The translations under genes were made by a program, and so were the position numbers. A model generated the notes under the pieces. It was not told where the DNA came from. It saw nothing but the letters and a program-made list of their open reading frames with translations, and did no database searches. From positions 1 through 35,833 of IMG/VR virus record IMGVR_UViG_3300048850_000165: a DNA stretch of 35,833 nt. One strand, given 5' to 3'. Origin of the DNA: a virus (Duplodnaviria; Caudoviricetes). Shown piece after piece: positions 34,854 to 35,833 of the stretch; within the stretch, counting starts at the first letter, position 1, and each line of letters opens with the position of its first letter.

Positions 34854-34883
34854 CTAGCTGACGCAGACAGGTGTCTCGTTCAC
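34854..34883 (-). pseudogene. 5' stub of a host gene interrupted by the prophage (MNETP..., ssb-like N-terminus)
   Basis: GAGGAG RBS, GTG AAC GAG ACA CCT GTC TGC GTC AGC TAG; contains the att-like palindrome. Confidence 0.5.
34859..34882. other. candidate prophage attachment junction (serine-integrase-like)
   Basis: TGAcgcAGACA-GG-TGTCTcgtTCA inverted arms around a 2-bp core at the phage/host boundary. Confidence 0.55.
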
Positions 34884-35026
34884 GGTGCTCCTCGGGTGAC
34901 GGCCCGGCGTTCTGCCGGGGTGCGACCACCGTCCAGCGCGGGACCGGGTCCGGCACAGGCCTCCGCCGCGTCTGTGGAGCGGACCCCCGACTGTGGACGA
35001 CGGCCACCACAGTGCGGCCGCGTCCG

Positions 35027-35833
35027 CTACGGCACCCGGCCGCGGACGGTCCATGCCCGGGCGGTCAGGGCGATCGAGCCGTCGTCCCGCGCCGGCAGCG
35101 TGTGGCGGAGCTCGTCCCCGATCCCCGTCCGCACCTCCTCCGCCACGGTCGCGAGGTACGCCGGCGCGTGCCCGGTGCCGCCGAGGAAGGGCTGCCAGTA
35201 GTCGTCGAAGTCCGCGAACACGGTGGGGACGTCGACCGCGCCGGTGACCACCTCCTCGAGCCCGGCGCCGATGAACACCCGGCGGAGGGGCTCGGGCGCG
35301 CAGACCGGGAAGCGGGCGCCCTCGTCGAGCCCGGCACCGTCGGGGTCGATCAGCGCAGCGGCGTCCCAGAAGGCCCGCATCAGCTGCATGCCGCCGGCGT
35401 AGTCCCACACGTAGGCGGCCACGACCGCGCCCGGGACGGCGACCCGGCGCCACTCGGCCACGGCGGCGCTCGGGTCGGGCAGGAAGTTGAGCACCAGGCC
35501 GGAGACGACCGCGTCCGCCGAGCCGTCGGCCAGGGGCAGGGCCGCGGCGTCACCGGCGGAGAACACCGCGCGCGGGTCCGGCACGTGCGCCGCGGCGTGC
35601 CGGACGAACGCCGTCGACCGGTCGATCCCCCGCACGGCCGACGGTTCGGCGAGGTCGAGGACGGTGCGGGTCAGCACCCCCGTGCCGCAGCCCACGTCCA
35701 GCCATCGTCGTCCGGGCGGCACGCCGAGCTCGGCGACGAACCGCCGCGCGACCGGCCGGCTCCACCGGCCGACGTAGGCCTCGTAGCGGTTCCCGTCCGC
35801 CCAGGAACCGATCCCCGCCGTCGTCGCGTCCAT
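35027..35833 (-). CDS. host class I SAM-dependent methyltransferase
   Basis: WLDVGCGTG, GID.S, GDA.ALP, D.VVSGLVLNF; very high GC host-like codon usage. Confidence 0.93.
   Translation of the reverse strand: MDATTAGIGSWADGNRYEAYVGRWSRPVARRFVAELGVPPGRRWLDVGCGTGVLTRTVLDLAEPSAVRGIDRSTAFVRHAAAHVPDPRAVFSAGDAAALPLADGSADAVVSGLVLNFLPDPSAAVAEWRRVAVPGAVVAAYVWDYAGGMQLMRAFWDAAALIDPDGAGLDEGARFPVCAPEPLRRVFIGAGLEEVVTGAVDVPTVFADFDDYWQPFLGGTGHAPAYLATVAEEVRTGIGDELRHTLPARDDGSIALTARAWTVRGRVP

Larger units (their letters stand above)
1..34870. mobile_element. siphovirus-type actinobacterial prophage (left end outside window)
   Basis: complete head, tail, lysis, packaging and replication modules; right boundary at att-like site. 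Confidence 0.9.

Noticed and set aside
34792-35010. 72-aa ORF upstream of xis
   Set aside because: Spans the phage/host junction and a host regulatory region; likely spurious
35027-35833. Methyltransferase as the DNA-modifying partner of the HNH nuclease
   Set aside because: Small-molecule class I type without DNA MTase catalytic motifs; lies outside the att site
1-35833. Integrase, repressor, tRNA, rRNA, CRISPR array
   Set aside because: No supporting motifs seen in this window

Overview
High-GC actinobacterial DNA. Nearly the whole window is one siphovirus-type prophage. A minus-strand late operon (~21.9 kb to ~1.7 kb) runs HNH-like protein, TerS, TerL, portal, scaffold, major capsid, connectors, major tail, tail chaperone with a probable -1 frameshift, tape measure, minor tail proteins, amidase lysis cassette and a post-lysis structural module. 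A minus-strand early operon (34.8 to 31.1 kb) holds an excisionase, small ORFs, a D5/SF3 helicase and an iteron-rich origin. Between them, a ~8.5 kb accessory island carries a TIR protein, a McrA-like HNH nuclease, an Abi-like protein, membrane proteins and decayed duplicated gene fragments. A host methyltransferase closes the window. No integrase or repressor is visible. Main observations: (1) four island genes have leaderless promoters with the geometry TGTCG(G/A)-N10-(-10)-N6-GTG, matching the actinobacterial PafBC/RecA-NDp DNA-damage promoter; (2) a serine-integrase-like att site at ~34870 cuts a host gene starting MNETP (possibly ssb) and puts the xis-helicase operon right behind a host promoter; (3) TIR and HNH genes share a pseudo-palindromic divergent promoter; (4) tandem decayed HTH-gene units are each followed by different cargo. 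All calls come from reading motifs by eye; no searches were run.
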